NCBI GenBank assembly: GCA_963693365.1
Contig: CAVNZM010000016.1
Span: forward strand, 5,746,529 to 5,810,528
Length of the DNA: 64,000 bases
DNA from: Amoebidium appalachense
Taxonomy: Eukaryota > Protista > Ichthyosporea
Reading direction: 5' to 3'
The notes under the pieces are model-generated. The model made no database searches. It saw nothing but the letters and a program-made list of their open reading frames with translations, and was not told where the DNA came from. A program made the translations under genes and the position numbers. Below are positions 1 through 34,127 of the stretch, piece by piece (positions within the stretch are counted from its first letter, which is position 1; the number at the start of each line of letters is the position of its first letter).

Positions 1-250
1 CAATCAGAACCGAAAAGACCGCAATGAAGAAAAACATAAAGAGAAGTGTGTCACCACGAAGTGATGCAATAAGCAAGCCATGTTCATAGTGTTCATACCA
101 TCAGTAACATTATCCACATGGCTTACCTCAAAGACAAAAAAACCCATGCTATAAATCAGATTATCATATAGAAAAAAAAGGCAACATAAAAAGAAGCATG
201 TCACTGTCAGATATGATGCGATTTGTAAGCCTCGTTCATACCTGGCTTAC

Positions 251-426
251 CTCATAGGGTTCATAGTCCTTTTGCTTGTAGTCTTTGTAGTGGTGAAACC
301 ATCCACGGCTAGGACTTACTGGCTCGATCATGCTGGATGCACGTTTCAATGTGGAATACGACCGGTTGTTCTGTGGTGGGTGTGTGTGTGTGCGTGTGTA
401 TGTGTGTGCGTGTGTGCGTATGTGTG

Positions 427-465
<39 letters not shown>

Positions 466-563
466 CCGTGTGTGTGTACATGTGTGCAGATCGGTTAGGT
501 GTATGCATGCTGAACTTTGGTAAACAGAGCTACACCGGGTGCCTGACAATGACAACCACCCCT

Positions 564-595
<32 letters not shown>

Positions 596-1007
596 CATTC
601 CCCTTTCCCCCCCAAAAAACAAAATATTAACCATTATTAACGCCCCCGCCGCCACCACCACCACCATCCCTATTTCATCCCAACTTCCCATTTGACCCCC
701 TACACCCTTTTTAGCATGTTTTGAGGTAAGGAAAGGAAAGGGTAGATAGAGGTTTGAGAGCAACGGGTGGGGAGGGGCAATAGTTGCATTGACAGCTATC
801 AGACAGGAGAGAGAACTCTGCAGTGCGGGTCAACAAACCTCGTTGGGTGCACATGTGATATTAAAGTCTATATCATGTGTCTTTTTATGCGTGTCTGGAA
901 GACAAAGGGGCACAGAGAGGCAGAGAGAGAGTGTGTGCATGTGTGTGAGAAGGGGGAGGGGGGGGGGGGGGGGGGAAGGGAGTGAGATAGACAGATAAGA
1001 GAACGAG

Positions 1008-1073
<66 letters not shown>

Positions 1074-2418
1074 CGCACGCATGCGTGCCCGGGTATTTGT
1101 TAGAGCAAGGGAGTGTGCGTACGAGTGTGTATGTGTTTGAGTCCACAACAGGTACCCTTCATTTGGGTACAAGATAAGCACCACACATTCGCCGTCACCG
1201 AATGCCCTGTTTGTTACTAATCATGGCCAACTTCCCGCTCTCATCCAGCACCATCTACACAGTATCTTCCCCACCAATCCCTTCCAAAATACACCTACCA
1301 CCACTGTCATTTCCACCGGGCTGTGCACATATCCTTGGGGTCCAGGATACACATCGTTTAGCAGTTTTACCAACACGCAGTGTGGCTGTGCTGGCGGGCA
1401 CAGGCCCATAAGGAGGATAAACTTGCTTGCAAATCCATTATCTGGCACCTGTGTGTTTGGTGTAAAAGGAAGGAGGTGGGGGACAGGGGAGGGGAGGAAG
1501 GAGGAGGGAGAGGGAGAAAGAGGGGAGGGGGGGGGGGGGGGGGGGGGAGTACGACGTTAATAGAGTGTGTTGCAAAGTACGAAGTATACATTTGCAACGG
1601 ACAACACGGTGCAAAGTTTGCAGAGCCCACAACGAAGATGCATCGGAGGGTAGCATGTGTAATAGAGTGCGAAAACGGACAACACGATGCAGATTTAATG
1701 GTAAAAGGAGTACACACAAAGAGAATCCAATATTGGCGGTGCTTATGCTCAAGAGGGCCCAGGTGTGTGTGTGTGTGTTAACGGAGGGGGGGGAGGGGGA
1801 GGGGGGGGGGGGGGGGGGGGTTCAACGGAAAGGTAAGACACAACAAGAGAATACGGTCCTAGGGAAAGAAGTGTGGGGTTGGAATTGGGGGGGAGGGAAG
1901 GGGGGTTTGGGAGGGTTGGGTTGGTTTTTTTTTTTTTTTTTTTTTTTTTTGGGGGGGGGGGGGGGGGGTTTGGTAGGAGTTGTTGGTTAATGGTGGTGGT
2001 TGTGGGTTAGGGAGGCGGGGGAAAGGGGAGGGGGGGGGGGGGGGGGGGGGGAAAGAAAAATGGTGAGCCAAGAATGAAGGGAAGTAGGGAGGAGGAGGGG
2101 AAAAGCAGAGACAGGAGACCGATAGGAGGGAAGGGTGGGGAGGGGGGGGGGGGGGGGGGGGGGGGGTCTATGCTGGCACCATAGGCAAGGCAACGATGCA
2201 ATGTCGATGTCAACTCATGGGGATGGCAAAAAAAAACCCAACAAAACAAAACAAAGATAAGGAAGACAGACGTGGAGGGCAAGGGTGCCGGGGACGCTTG
2301 CGGAAGGAAGGAAAGGAGGGGGGTGGGAGGGGAAGGGGAGGAGGGGGGGCGGGGTTGAAGGGAGGGCAAGGGGGGGAAGAAAAAGCGTACAGGCATGGTG
2401 TTGAGAGTGTGTGATTGT

Positions 2419-2495
<77 letters not shown>

Positions 2496-3513
2496 TGTGT
2501 ATGTAAGTGTGTGTGTGTGTGTGTATGGGGGGGGGGGGGGGGGGGGGAGGGGGGGGGGGGGATGGGAGGGGGCAACCTTCTTGCCGGTTCTATTATCGGC
2601 CTGAAATTCCAACAAACACAATTCAAGCATTTTGTTGTAAGAAAAACTCGAAAGACTCGACTCTCGGCCCGTGCCCTCCCTCGAATTCAATTTGGTGGCA
2701 GATGAGTCATTGTCATCCCTCAAAATCTCGTCCCAGAACAAACCCGTTGCCTGCAAAAAGTCGTTTGCCATGAGGTCGGGAACAGAAACTATCCGTCGAT
2801 GTTTTGGCCCGTGGTTCGCGCTATCAAACCCTGTGAGGGAAAACGTTCTTTTATAAGCATAAAAAATGGTGTGTTTGACCCCATGTGGACTCCTAGCATC
2901 CCCCCCACCCCCCACCCCCTCTCCACCTCTCCCCTTCTCCCCCCCCCCCCCCCCCCTCCTGCCCTCTCCCCTCCACCTCCCCCCCCCGTGCCCCAGTTCC
3001 CTATACCTCTTTCCCCCCTCCCCCCACTCTCCAAAAAGCATAGCCAAATAAGGTTTCACACATACACACACAAGCACACACACACACGTGCTCTCATACA
3101 CATGAACACAAACACACACACGGTTTCGACTTCACCTCACAAAGCCAACCCCCTCCCCCCTCCCCCCTCCCCCTCCCCCCACCCTTCAAAAAAAAAAAAA
3201 ATGTTAAACGGCGAGGCCATGAGAAACTGAACATACCGAAAGTCGTGCTTCCAGAATTCGAGAAGGATCCATCCGCAGGAGACACCGGAGAAATCGGAGA
3301 CAGAAGCGTGGTCGAGTTGCCAGCAGAGGAAGACGTACGGAGACGAGTGTTCTCCGGCATGGAAAGATGGTTTTGTCCAGCAAAATGTGTGGTTGCGCTT
3401 GTGTTCGTGCTTGGTGCTTCTACTTCCAGGTTTCCAGCCAGATAGCTGGTTAGTGTTTCCTTGAACGTCTTTCCAGCATGCTTGGCTGCAGCCATTGCTG
3501 GAATAGAGGGCAT
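251..3513 (-). CDS. Putative multi-exon gene of unknown function (~304 aa). Predicted exons 3513-3237, 2830-2577, 1448-1295, 1206-1156, 894-839, 370-251; 3' end uncertain (next acceptor at 204 is followed by TGA, or the gene runs off the window)
   Basis: Non-repetitive blocks bounded by GT-AG sites on the minus strand join with consistent phases (1,0,1,1,0,0) into one frame: MPSIPAMAAAK...GFDSANHGPKHRRIVSVPDLMAND...VPDNGFASKFILL...NNRSYSTLKRASS...YEPYE. No recognisable domain; start codon and small exons are inferred. Confidence 0.5.
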
Positions 3514-5541
3514 CTTTTTGGGCCCTTCACCGGGTCCCAGATGCTTGCCTTCCTGCTTGGCAGAGAACACGGAACATCAGTCTTGTGGCACACGCAGACA
3601 CACTCACGCACGGACGCACACATGCATATGCACGCACGCACACACAAACATACACAAACACACACACACACACACACACGAACGCATACACACTTGCACA
3701 AACACAACAGACACACCGTGACAGGTATGATGACGTGACGTTATGCAATCTACAAAACACAAATCTATATGATTCCGGGTGCCAACCAGAAACATGCACG
3801 AACTGACGTATGAGTTGACGACCAGCGTTAGAAGATATGGGCACTGCCTCTTACAAAAAGAGCCTTAGACCTATGATCCCTGGTGCCAATCCTTCTTAAA
3901 TTGCGTGTCATCGCCAGCTACAGATCTCTGTACACGGTGTGACGTCATGACCACGCACGGGGTGCTTTGGGGCTCAACCCACCTCATGATCCATCGCAAC
4001 CCAGGTCCTCTTTAACTCTGAAAAGTTAGTTGAACTATTACTGACGTTTGCAAATACAGTCAAAGGGGGGAGGGGTGTAAACCCCGATAGTTAAAAATTT
4101 ACCCAAAGCGGTTGCTCCCCCACATGGATCCGAGCCTGTGTGATGCACTAAGACACGGGTAGGGTGCAGAGGTTAATTGCATTGGTTCCCTGCAATCAAA
4201 CACATCCTATACTATCAGTAGGGCTAAGAAACGCTAGAAGCTCTTTGCTATTCAGTATGAGTCATCATAAACAGCGACCATACTATGAAGTTTGCCTACG
4301 TATACACAGAGGTGCGCTGAAAAGGGCCGGGAGCTTCCGTACATACTCGGATTACGCAAAAACGGGTTTGCAAAGGTAACAAAGTGAGTCGACCGTTCGC
4401 TGTGCTGATTGGTTACTTCCTCTTGAAGTTCTATACCCCAAGCCAAGTGTGGCTCACTAATCACACTAAAATACAGTTAGTCTCATATTCGAAGCACAGA
4501 GAGGTTTGCAGATCCTATGGATTAACAATAACAGCTATAATATGTATATAAATTTAAATTAATAAAAAAGCCGCAATTATATTCATCTATTGTTATTAAG
4601 TTCATTGTTTATACAACGCAAAAGTTTATAGTATATGACTGTAACATATAAATGTTTGATTTAGTTAAGGTCAAAATGCAATTTCCATCGCTGCTGGTGC
4701 CACTTTTGTGCTGAACTTCAAAGTTTAATCGAAAGCATGTTGATAGGTGTGAGTTTTTATGTCGCGTTTTACCTCTTTCCCTACGGGTGTTGGCTGGCAA
4801 TGTGAACACTTTAGACTTTTTGTTGAATTCTGTTGGTCGTTACATTGAGTATTTATATGATTTCCACACAGTGTTCAGGTATCTCAGTATGCACTTGTTA
4901 CTGGATAACTCGCGAAGTTTTTATTGTCTTCTCAGTATGCCGTGCATACTTGCATATCTTTCCGTCGAATAAATCCAGTCAAAAGAAAAAAAAAATGCAA
5001 TTCATATCCTAAATCCCCCACTGCCAGTGCTCACCCACCGGCGGGCCCGCCGATACTACGGCGATGATCACTGATATCGATCGATGGCGCCGATCAGTCG
5101 CGAGTCGACGTCCGACTCCGCGGCCAAACTTGACGAACTGCCGCACAGGGGGTTTCCGTGTACACCACAGAAGTTATTCACTTATCTGAGTACGAAAAGT
5201 ATATAAACGTTCAAGTTTACCACCCTTACAATTATTATTACTACTGGAGCTGCACAGCATGATCACTGAGCTGATCACCAGCCGCTCGAGAATCATTTGT
5301 GTCATTCGATCGCGAAGTTCCGAAAATGGCGGGATCTGGCATTCTTATTCTAGGGGGACAAAAAACCTAACCAAATAAGGTCAATGCATATGCGCAGTCA
5401 TGCTTACATATATAATCAATATAATCACAAACTTTTTTCCCTCCCTTCCAGAAAAAGCGTTGCACCGTGCAGAATACAGCTGCATGAAACAGTGGAACAA
5501 CCCGTAACCCACTCAACTTTAACATTTCTGAAACGAGAAGA

Positions 5542-5967
5542 ATGGCTGACCGAGTAAAGGGCCAGTGCCTCTGCGGCGGCATCAAGTTTGAAGTTGAGAA
5601 GCCCGCCATGTGCACCCTGTACTGCCACTGTGGCCTGTGCCGTAGGATGGATGGCTGCCTGTACACCTACCTGACTCTCGGCAACGAGGACAAGGTTCAT
5701 CTGACTGAGACCAGCACGCTAACCAAGTACCGCAACCCAAAGCCGGAGAAGGATGTCTTATTTTGCAGCAAGTGTGGCACCCATGTCGGCAACCACCTTT
5801 TCAACAAAAAAATTATGGTTGTGAGTGCTGGCCTGTTGGAATCATGTGATGACCCAAGCTTCAAGCCTTCGAGTCACATCTTCTGCGAAGACAAGTTGTC
5901 GTGTTACCAGCTGCCGGACGACGGGCTTCCTAAATACTTGCAGTTCTTTGACTCCCCCACTGTTTAG
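5542..5967 (+). CDS. GFA (glutathione-dependent formaldehyde-activating enzyme)/CENP-V family Zn-binding protein, 141 aa, intronless
   Basis: Complete ATG-TAG ORF with family motifs GxCxCG (GQCLCG), CHCxxCRR (CHCGLCRR), FCxxCG (FCSKCG) and a C-terminal P..HIF...LPDDGLP segment. Confidence 0.92.
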   Translation: MADRVKGQCLCGGIKFEVEKPAMCTLYCHCGLCRRMDGCLYTYLTLGNEDKVHLTETSTLTKYRNPKPEKDVLFCSKCGTHVGNHLFNKKIMVVSAGLLESCDDPSFKPSSHIFCEDKLSCYQLPDDGLPKYLQFFDSPTV

Positions 5968-6139
5968 GAGTTTGGCAAGTAGGCTAGCAATAGTCGAGCT
6001 TGGGGTAGGCCTCTTGTTGTATAGAGTTATAACAAAGCAAACATGCCATCACCACTATAAGTGGATTAAAGAAAGCCGAAGCCCTACCGGAGATCGGTAG
6101 CTGTCACAGTCCTTAGTTCTTACGGCCTCCTTCTCCACC

Positions 6140-6171
<32 letters not shown>

Positions 6172-6351
6172 AGTTTTTCTGTGTTCGCATCTGTTTGGTT
6201 GTGTCTAAATCGTCTTTGATTCAAGCTCCTCTCCGTCTTCTTCACAACTGCAGCCTCTCCCCTGCCTCCCCCGGTACCTACCTGGCTGCCTCCCTCCCAA
6301 AGGGGCAACTTCAACCTCTTCAAGTGTTGCGTTTATCCTCCCTTCCGGCCT

Positions 6352-6384
<33 letters not shown>

Positions 6385-7679
6385 GACCCCGGGGCCCGTT
6401 TTGAAAGTTAGAAGAAAGTTTTTTCATAAGCCAGGCAAGCATTGTTTCAAAGGCAAACCATAGCTTCTACCTGCGAAGAAGGGAGGCTGTCGAGCCTAGT
6501 AGGGAAGAAGTAGAGTGAGGGTTGGGTGACAAGAACGTCAGCACTATATACAATAACTTTGAATGATGTAGAAAGAGGCGGAGTCCAAATTTGAGAAGAC
6601 ATGCTCATGGTGGGCATCATTGAAACTGGTTACTTCGTTCTCGAGGCACATCTGGCATAGAGGATCATCGGTGTATTCGAAATAGTTGCAGTTGTGTGAT
6701 TCTTTTCCTACACGAGTCAGTGATGCGTGCGTACAGCTAGTAGTGTACATACAACATGCATGTGAAGGGTATTTTGCCAATGGCCTGAGGGCACTTTGGC
6801 CGGTCCTTAGCATGTGATGGTGTTTGGCCCTGTTTCTGACCAGGAGACCAGCCAAGCACAACGTGTTGGCAACTCATCTACAGCAATAACTACGAATACC
6901 TCCCCCCCATCCCCCCCCCCCCACCTTAAGCGGGTAGGTTACTCCCGTGAACTCAAACTGTATATGTAAAGTTGGGAATACGAGCACAGGAGGGCCAACC
7001 CTCCTGCCCAACCCCAGTACGTGCACACCGTGGCAATCACACGCACATTGAGATACATTCGGCCAGAACATTTACGTTTTAACCCGTGGGGTCGAAAAAT
7101 CACATCTGCCAAACCCCTGCAGTGACTCAGTAGCTAGACCACTACAAACCCGGAATCAACATGTACAGTGAGAAGCTACGCTCAGTTGACTCGAGCTCCA
7201 GCATTGGAACACGACATTTCGTGGAGCAATCTTTGGCCTATGACTTATACCTAGGAGCTAGATTTTGAGTGCTGCTTGCCCTCATTACACATACAAACCT
7301 ATCTCTTTGGTCTGTCATGATCAACATATGCTCAAGCAAGAAACCTTGCTACATCATGATATACCGCGGTGACTCAGCACTGCGGCAGGCTGAACTTTTT
7401 GATTTAAATGCGAGTTAGCGCCGTTTTGCATCCTTTCGATGGGCGTCTATGACTGGCCAAAATATTTAAAACTTGATTTTGACGAATCAAATAAGATATA
7501 ATGCGGAACTCTAGAGGGTGGCAAACTTTTTGTTTAGCCGCTGCCGGTTTGCGGCCCACATGTCAAAAAAAACGGTCACGTCATCAGCTCAGAAGGTTTC
7601 TAGTCATAGAGCTTTTTCTACGTATGGATTTAGTTGTTCGGTTTCCTTAGTAAGCACTGAGTCAGCTCTTCGCACTTTC

Positions 7680-7745
7680 GTATATTTTGGGTGGAATTAG
7701 GCTGTGAAAGGGTATATTTTGGGTGGAATTAGGCTGTGAAAGGGT
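7680..7745. repeat. Perfect 32-bp tandem duplication upstream of the RBBP6 coding start (probable 5' UTR)
   Basis: GTATATTTTGGGTGGAATTAGGCTGTGAAAGG occurs twice head-to-tail (7680-7711, 7712-7743). Confidence 0.85.
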
Positions 7746-8516
7746 TTCTGGATCGTCTTACTGTTGTTAAAAGCAAGCAGGTGAGTGTTGGGTGTAGTTT
7801 GCTTTTTCAACTTTACGGGTTTCTTAAGGAGATTTTTTTCTTGAAGCCAACGCTTTTTCTTCTGTGATTCAAACTATATTGATCAATACCGGCCTGATAA
7901 CGTTCTTCCCTGTTTATCATGTGTTTTATAAGGCGTTGAAGTCAAGCTTAAGGTTGTAGGTTAGGGCAAATAAATCTTGTGATTGTGCTCTTCCACTCTC
8001 AGACTGCTATTATAGCCAGATGGGCTATGTGTGTAGTTTCAGGAACTGGGTGGTGTCCGCTGTGTTTGAAAACTTCGGGGTGAAATTGAACGCAGATGTG
8101 TTTCTCCTCTTTCCTCAGACGGAATGTTGTGTACTGTTTCGTGGCTTTCGTTTTTGCTTCGCACTTTCTTCTGGGGTTTTGGTGCTTGCTTTATAATCTG
8201 AGCACTAACACTTTTTTCCCTCAACGCAGAATCTCGTTTGGCTACGTAGCCCTTGAGAGAAGCTCCCGATTATCAAGAGCCTGGCTGAGCACACATAGGA
8301 ATTTCCTAAGAAGCACGGTTAGCGCACGCACACTAGATTCTTTTCTGGAGTTGGGCCGGGTGTCTGGAACACCTGAGCCGACCTGCGCCTCTGGCGCCGG
8401 TGTAGAATGCAACGGGTTCATGAATAGTCGCTCGGTACATTTCTAGGTAAATTTTTTTTTTTTTGCCGTTTTCTTATCATAGTTAGCTCGCGGGTGGGAG
8501 ACAGACAGTGTCAAAC

Positions 8517-27848
<19,332 letters not shown>

Positions 27849-28502
27849 GTGGGTCTGATATTTGGAAAATTTGGAATTTGGGGGGGGGGGGGGGGGGGTT
27901 GTGTGGACACCGGCTGTTTTTGTGGTTTGCACTCTGCTTTATGTTGTCTGTTATGGATGCGTACTTTGTGCTCTATGCCTCATTCTCCCCGCCCTACAAA
28001 TGCACACAACCACACGTGCAGACACATGCATGCATACATTAACTCGCGCACGCACACACACACATCAACACACACAAACACACCTACACCCTTTCCCTCC
28101 CTCCCTCTCTCCGGAGTCTCTCCCACCCTCCCCGCTCTTCCGCTCTCCCTTCCCCCTGTAAGGACTTTTCTATGAGGGCAATCGTGTTGTGCCCCCCCTT
28201 CTCCCCCCCCCCCCCCCCCCCCCCCTCTTGAGCGCTCTGCCTGTGCCTTTTGTGGGGGGGGGTGGAGTCCTCCTCTAGAGCTGAATGGCAAAGCACAAGA
28301 AATCAAGCAATTGTTTGTGTGCTCACCGGAAACTGGGAGCCCGGCTGGGAAGGGGAGGGGGTGGGTGAGAGGGGGGGGGGGGGGAGGCGGGGGGGCTAGT
28401 AGTTGGATGTGTGTTCTGCCATGTGTGCAAACAAATGAATTTGAGTGTCAAAGAATCGGCTTGTGTGAGGCTGGCAGGAGGGGGAGGGGGGGGGGGGGGG
28501 GG

Positions 28503-28557
<55 letters not shown>

Positions 28558-29763
28558 GGCAATTAGGACAGCATTAACAAGCTTTTTGCTATGCAGAAAC
28601 CTACAGGCATCTGCAGGCAAGGCTCATCATTCTGTGACCAGTGCCTACTGTGTAGTAGCAGGGCCCATGGCACCAAGTGGACTGGCAATATGTCTTTGGC
28701 ATTTCACGTTTCCTTTCAATTGTGTCTCCATGTTTTGTTTGTGTTTTGTTTTTGTTTTTGTTTTCTTGTGTTGCTCGAAAAGGGGGCCGCCCCAGAGGAG
28801 GGGAGGGGGGGGGGGGGGATTTTTGAGTGATGGCTGATGGCTGAGTGTGCCCATCGCGAGTGAATCTTCAGGTTCGATATCCGCATGAGTCGGATAATGC
28901 TGATAGATGTATGTTTAGTCGATGAACAATGGTTTATAGTGCACACGGAATTAGTTGCTGTGTACAGTTTTGTAGTCTCAATGCCGGTGTTTCTTCTTGA
29001 TTTTGTAATCACGCAATGGCAAGGGTTAAACCTTCGTAACTGAACATGATTTTTTTGAAACTGAACGTGTGTGTCTCTCTCTCTGTGTGTGTGTGTGTGT
29101 CTGTGTGTGTCTGTGTGTGTGTGTGTGGTTACGAATCATTTGGTGTGTGCGTGCTGGGGTGGGAGGGGGGGGGGGGGGGGGGGGGGGGGGGTCTGAATGA
29201 GCATTATTAAGAGCCCGCTTGCAACCATTGGCATGCAAACGAGGCTGCACGCTAAAGAAAGTACACACACGTACATTTTTCGGCTTGGTTTTACACGGAA
29301 TTCAATAAAGGCTGAGGTGTATCCCCGGTTGACAATGTGATACAGAAGGTTCCGGCATATTCCGGCTACATTGTCATGCCCATACTGCCACGTGTGTGCC
29401 TGCACCTCTACGTCCCACTATCCCCTCCTCCTCCTCCTCCTCGTCGTCGTCCTCCTCCTCCTAATCATTGGGTGTTGCTACGGCTTCCTAAAACCAAACG
29501 CTTGATGGTGGTGACAGGGGGGAGGAGGGGGAGAAGGGAAGAAAGGGGCCTCCACTAGAATGCAGTTGCATGTTGACGTCGCCACCACCAAAGCTTTTGG
29601 ATTTTAGAAGCGGTAGCAGCACCGTTTATCGCCAATCTTTAGTAAATGGATTAATGTGACTGGCGCATCCACAGCTGTGATATCGGCCCACTTGCAATTG
29701 GAATTGCACATGTGTGCTCGCGTCTCTACAGGGGTGTCGCGGGTGGTGGTGGTGGTGGGGATT

Positions 29764-29813
<50 letters not shown>

Positions 29814-29916
29814 GTACTAGTGTATGTGTTGTGTGTGGGGCCCCGCGCGGGGGGGGGGGGGGGGGGAGGGGGGAGGGGGGAGTACTAGAAAGGTACGTGC
29901 ACGTGTGTGTGTTTGT

Positions 29917-29950
<34 letters not shown>

Positions 29951-30103
29951 GGCAACTTCCATGGCCCGCATCGCCGAGGTGCCTTCTTGAAGACTGGCGT
30001 TTTGCACACGTGCACACAAGCATGCATCCAGTTCGACATAGTCACTATCCGTGAGAGGGGAGGGTTCTTTTTTTTTTACTGGCGGCGGTGGCGGGCGCCG
30101 GGG

Positions 30104-30105
<2 letters not shown>

Positions 30106-30185
<80 letters not shown>
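30106..30185. repeat. 80-nt poly-G tract, the longest of many poly-G/poly-C runs
   Basis: Direct reading; homopolymer length may be inexact in the assembly. Confidence 0.85.
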
Positions 30186-30187
<2 letters not shown>

Positions 30188-31419
30188 ACTTGTAGTTGTA
30201 GTCTCGTACTACATTCGGACGATTTTATTGGCTGGACCGAGGCTACTCCGCGAGACTCAGTCTCAATGCCAACTGAATAACGAACCTGTTTGTTCTACAT
30301 TAACACACGTAGTTACATACGTCATGTGAGCCAGTGACACACCCTCTGAGTCAATCAAAAGGCACGCCAGTGCTAATGTTATGCAAGCGGTCGAAATATT
30401 GGAAAAAAAATCTTTTAGAATAACGAGATGACTCTTTTAGCACGAGAGTCTGACTGCGCTTCTTTTACCTCCTTTTTTATCAAGCCCTTCCCCCTCCCTC
30501 AACGAACACACACCCATCCAGAAAAGAAAAAGGAACAAGAGAAAAAACGAAAGAAACGAGAAAAGAAAACGTGCAAGAAGAAAATGTTGTGCCACAGTTG
30601 GGTTTATGCATTGCCGATTTGGATGTACGTAGGCGACGTCTGTACGTGTGTGTCTGTCTGCATATGCACGTGTGTGCGCGTGTGTCACGGTGCCACGGAA
30701 TTGTTAGGGATTCTTGATTTTGAAACGGGGAGGGGCCGTAGTAGTAACGTTTTTTTATTTTTTTTGGGCGGGGGGGGGGGGGGGGGGACCCACCCACCCC
30801 TCCGGCTAGCAGGGGGGGAGGGGGGGGGGGGGGGGGGGGGGGACCCACCCACCCCCCGTAAGCTGCCATTATTTGACTATTTATGTCAGATAACCTGATG
30901 ATATAATAGTACTATTATGACTGCGGTTTACGTACATTGTCATTTCCAAAACACAAACATTGAGGCTCACTAATAGAAGTCCTTGATCACCTGAAACTAA
31001 GGCTAAATGCCGTACGGTCATATGCTCGGGAGTCCCCTCCCCCTCCCCCCTCCCCCCGGGGCCCCTGTCCCCCCCCCCCGCGGGCCCCTGTCCCCTCCCC
31101 CCCGCCCCCCCCCCCCCCCCCCCCCCCCCGTATACTCGTCTCCAGTTGCCCCACCGCGCGCGCACACACACGTACACCCTTTCACACGTATTTAATTAAC
31201 ACGTACATGCACACGCATGCATATGTACCACTCACGCACACGAGGTGCAAAAACTTTGACTGAGCAATGAGCACCCGATTTGCATGAACATGCAGATGCA
31301 TTCACCCACTACACACACATACGATTCCCTGCCACGCACTGGCAGATAGTGTGGTGTTGGTATGATAACCTTGCCCACAATAATTCATAATTTAGAAATA
31401 GTTGACCGTTGCATGTGTG

Positions 31420-31452
<33 letters not shown>

Positions 31453-31670
31453 ACGTGTGTGTGTGTGTGTGTGTGTGTGGCGGGGTGTATGTTGTGTGTA
31501 GGTGTGCGTTTGTGCGTGCGCGTGTGCACGTGCATTTACTTGTGTAAATGAGCAGCGTGATTCAGGGGCGGGCGGAGAGGGGGGGGGGGGGGGGGGGGGG
31601 GGATGATATAGAGCATATAGTGCATCCGGCAGAAGAAGAGCACCGGCACAAACGGATGGGAAGTGTGTGT

Positions 31671-31709
<39 letters not shown>

Positions 31710-31730
31710 CGTGTGTGTGTGTGTGTGTGT

Positions 31731-31812
<82 letters not shown>

Positions 31813-32467
31813 TGCGTGTATGGGCGCGCACACGCATGTGTGTGGGTGTTTGTGTGCGCTGTGTGTGTGTGTGTGTGTGTGTGGCGTGAGTGTGTGTGTG
31901 TGTGTATGTGTGCGTGTGAATGTGTGTGTGTGTGGGGGGGGGGGGAGGGGGGGGGGAGGGGGGGGGAGGGGGGGGGATATGCATCAGTGGCCAAAACGGA
32001 GGCAATACATCCGAAAGAGAAGGGAAAAAAAAGAAAGTAAGAAAAGAAAAGTAACGAACACAACCTTTGGTGTGTGGGGCTGAGAGACTCTGGCCATAAT
32101 CACGCGTATGTCAGGGGGGTAGGTGGGGGGGAGGTAGGGGGGGGAGGACCGGGGGGGGAGGACCCACCCACCCTTGCGGCTACCTTGGGGAAGGGGGGGG
32201 AGGGGGGTACCACCAGGGGGGACGTCGATATTTACTACTCCCCCCCCTCCCATTTCAAATTCAAAAAACCCTTACACAACCTCAACTGAGACCTCTCCGA
32301 CCTTTAAGCCAAATTCCGGAATTTGGCAAGGCACGGGGCTAGTACTTCCAATGCATGAAAAAATACATTAATGCACACAACGGTAACAAAACGAATAATA
32401 AATCTATTTAGATCATGTATGAGAAAAGGAATCCACAAAAATCATGGAAGTTTTCATGGAAAAAAGT

Positions 32468-32498
<31 letters not shown>

Positions 32499-33338
32499 GG
32501 GGGGGGGGAGGGAAGGGGGGGGGGAGGAGGGGGGGGGGGGGGAAGGCAGAATGTGGGGAGCTCGAGGACGGTGGAGCGGGAACCTATGGCCAACACAAAT
32601 TTGCACCAGGGGCGCCAGGCTGAGCCGCAGTAAGCTTCATCAATAAACCATGCATCCAATGGTAGTGTGCTGCCCTACTAAAAATTATATGACGGTAGGG
32701 GGTTCAGACACTGAGATTTTAGACCCCAGCTTCATTTGCGGGCGCCCAGACCCACTTATTAGTAGAAAGACGTTTTTGTAAGGGCCAGAAAAAGCCCCAG
32801 GTGTATGTTCGAATTCCATGGATGCGTGCGTGCGCGCGTACTGTGCGCGTAGCACAAATGATACATAACATACAAACACAACGAAAAGCAACAACAACAT
32901 GGAGTATTAAAACGAGAGAGTGTAAACATACGTACCGTACAAGACCTGACTTAATAATGTGCAGGCCTGCAGCTCTTGCCCAGTTTACGCCTCTTGCACA
33001 AAATCGATCTGGCTTCCTTGCCCGGGGCCTCTCAGGTCAATCACTACCTCCACCACCACTTCCCCCCCTCTTTATGGTAGGCCTGAAGCTACACCTGTTG
33101 GACGGCGCGTATGTCTGCGTGTTCATATGGCATTGCGCACTCATGTTTGTGTGCAGGTGCAAAGATGTTATGTATGTGCCACCGCGCACGCGCGCTCGTG
33201 ACTTTGTATGCAAGTGGGACTATGGCTGTGTGTGTGTATGTGTGTGTGTGCCCACATCGTGAGTGTGTACATATGTGTATGTGTGCTTGTGTTCGTTTGT
33301 GTTTTGTACACCTGTGCTTGCTTGCATGCATGTTCGTC

Positions 33339-33464
<126 letters not shown>

Positions 33465-33715
33465 GTGCGTGCGTGCGTGCGCGCGTGCGTGCGAGGTTGG
33501 TTGAAGGGGGGGGGGGGGGGGGGGAGAGGGAGGGGAGGAGGTGCTGCGGCTTCAAACACATATCCTCCCCCTCCCCTCTCCCAACTGCTCCCCCTCCCTC
33601 TTCCCCCCCCCCCCCCCCCCGCCCCTCCTCCCCCCAACCCATCTCCCCCCAAACGTCAACGTCTTTCTTACTGGAGGGGGTGGGGGGGGGGCATTTGCGT
33701 TTGTGTGTGCCTGTG

Positions 33716-33799
<84 letters not shown>

Positions 33800-33803
33800 T
33801 ACG

Positions 33804-33851
<48 letters not shown>

Positions 33852-33852
33852 T
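33716..33852. repeat. (CGTG)n tetranucleotide microsatellite
   Basis: Near-perfect GCGT repeat with one interruption, next to a long (GT)n tract. Confidence 0.9.
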
Positions 33853-33886
33853 AAAGGGAACCTCAGGTGCGAATGGCATGTGCCGG

Positions 33887-33917
<31 letters not shown>

Positions 33918-34058
33918 CCCCCCCCCCCCCCCCCCCCCGCCCCCTTCCCAACCCCCTCCCCCCCTTCTTTTTCTCTCTCTCTCGGTGTATGTGTCTGTTT
34001 GCGTGTGTGCGTGCATGTGTGTGTGCGCGCGCGTGCGGGCATGCGTGCATGCATGCCC

Positions 34059-34127
<69 letters not shown>

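Noticed and set aside
6544-7071. Minus-strand ORFs between GFA and RBBP6
   Set aside because: Non-ATG or short, with no recognisable motifs or supported splice structure.
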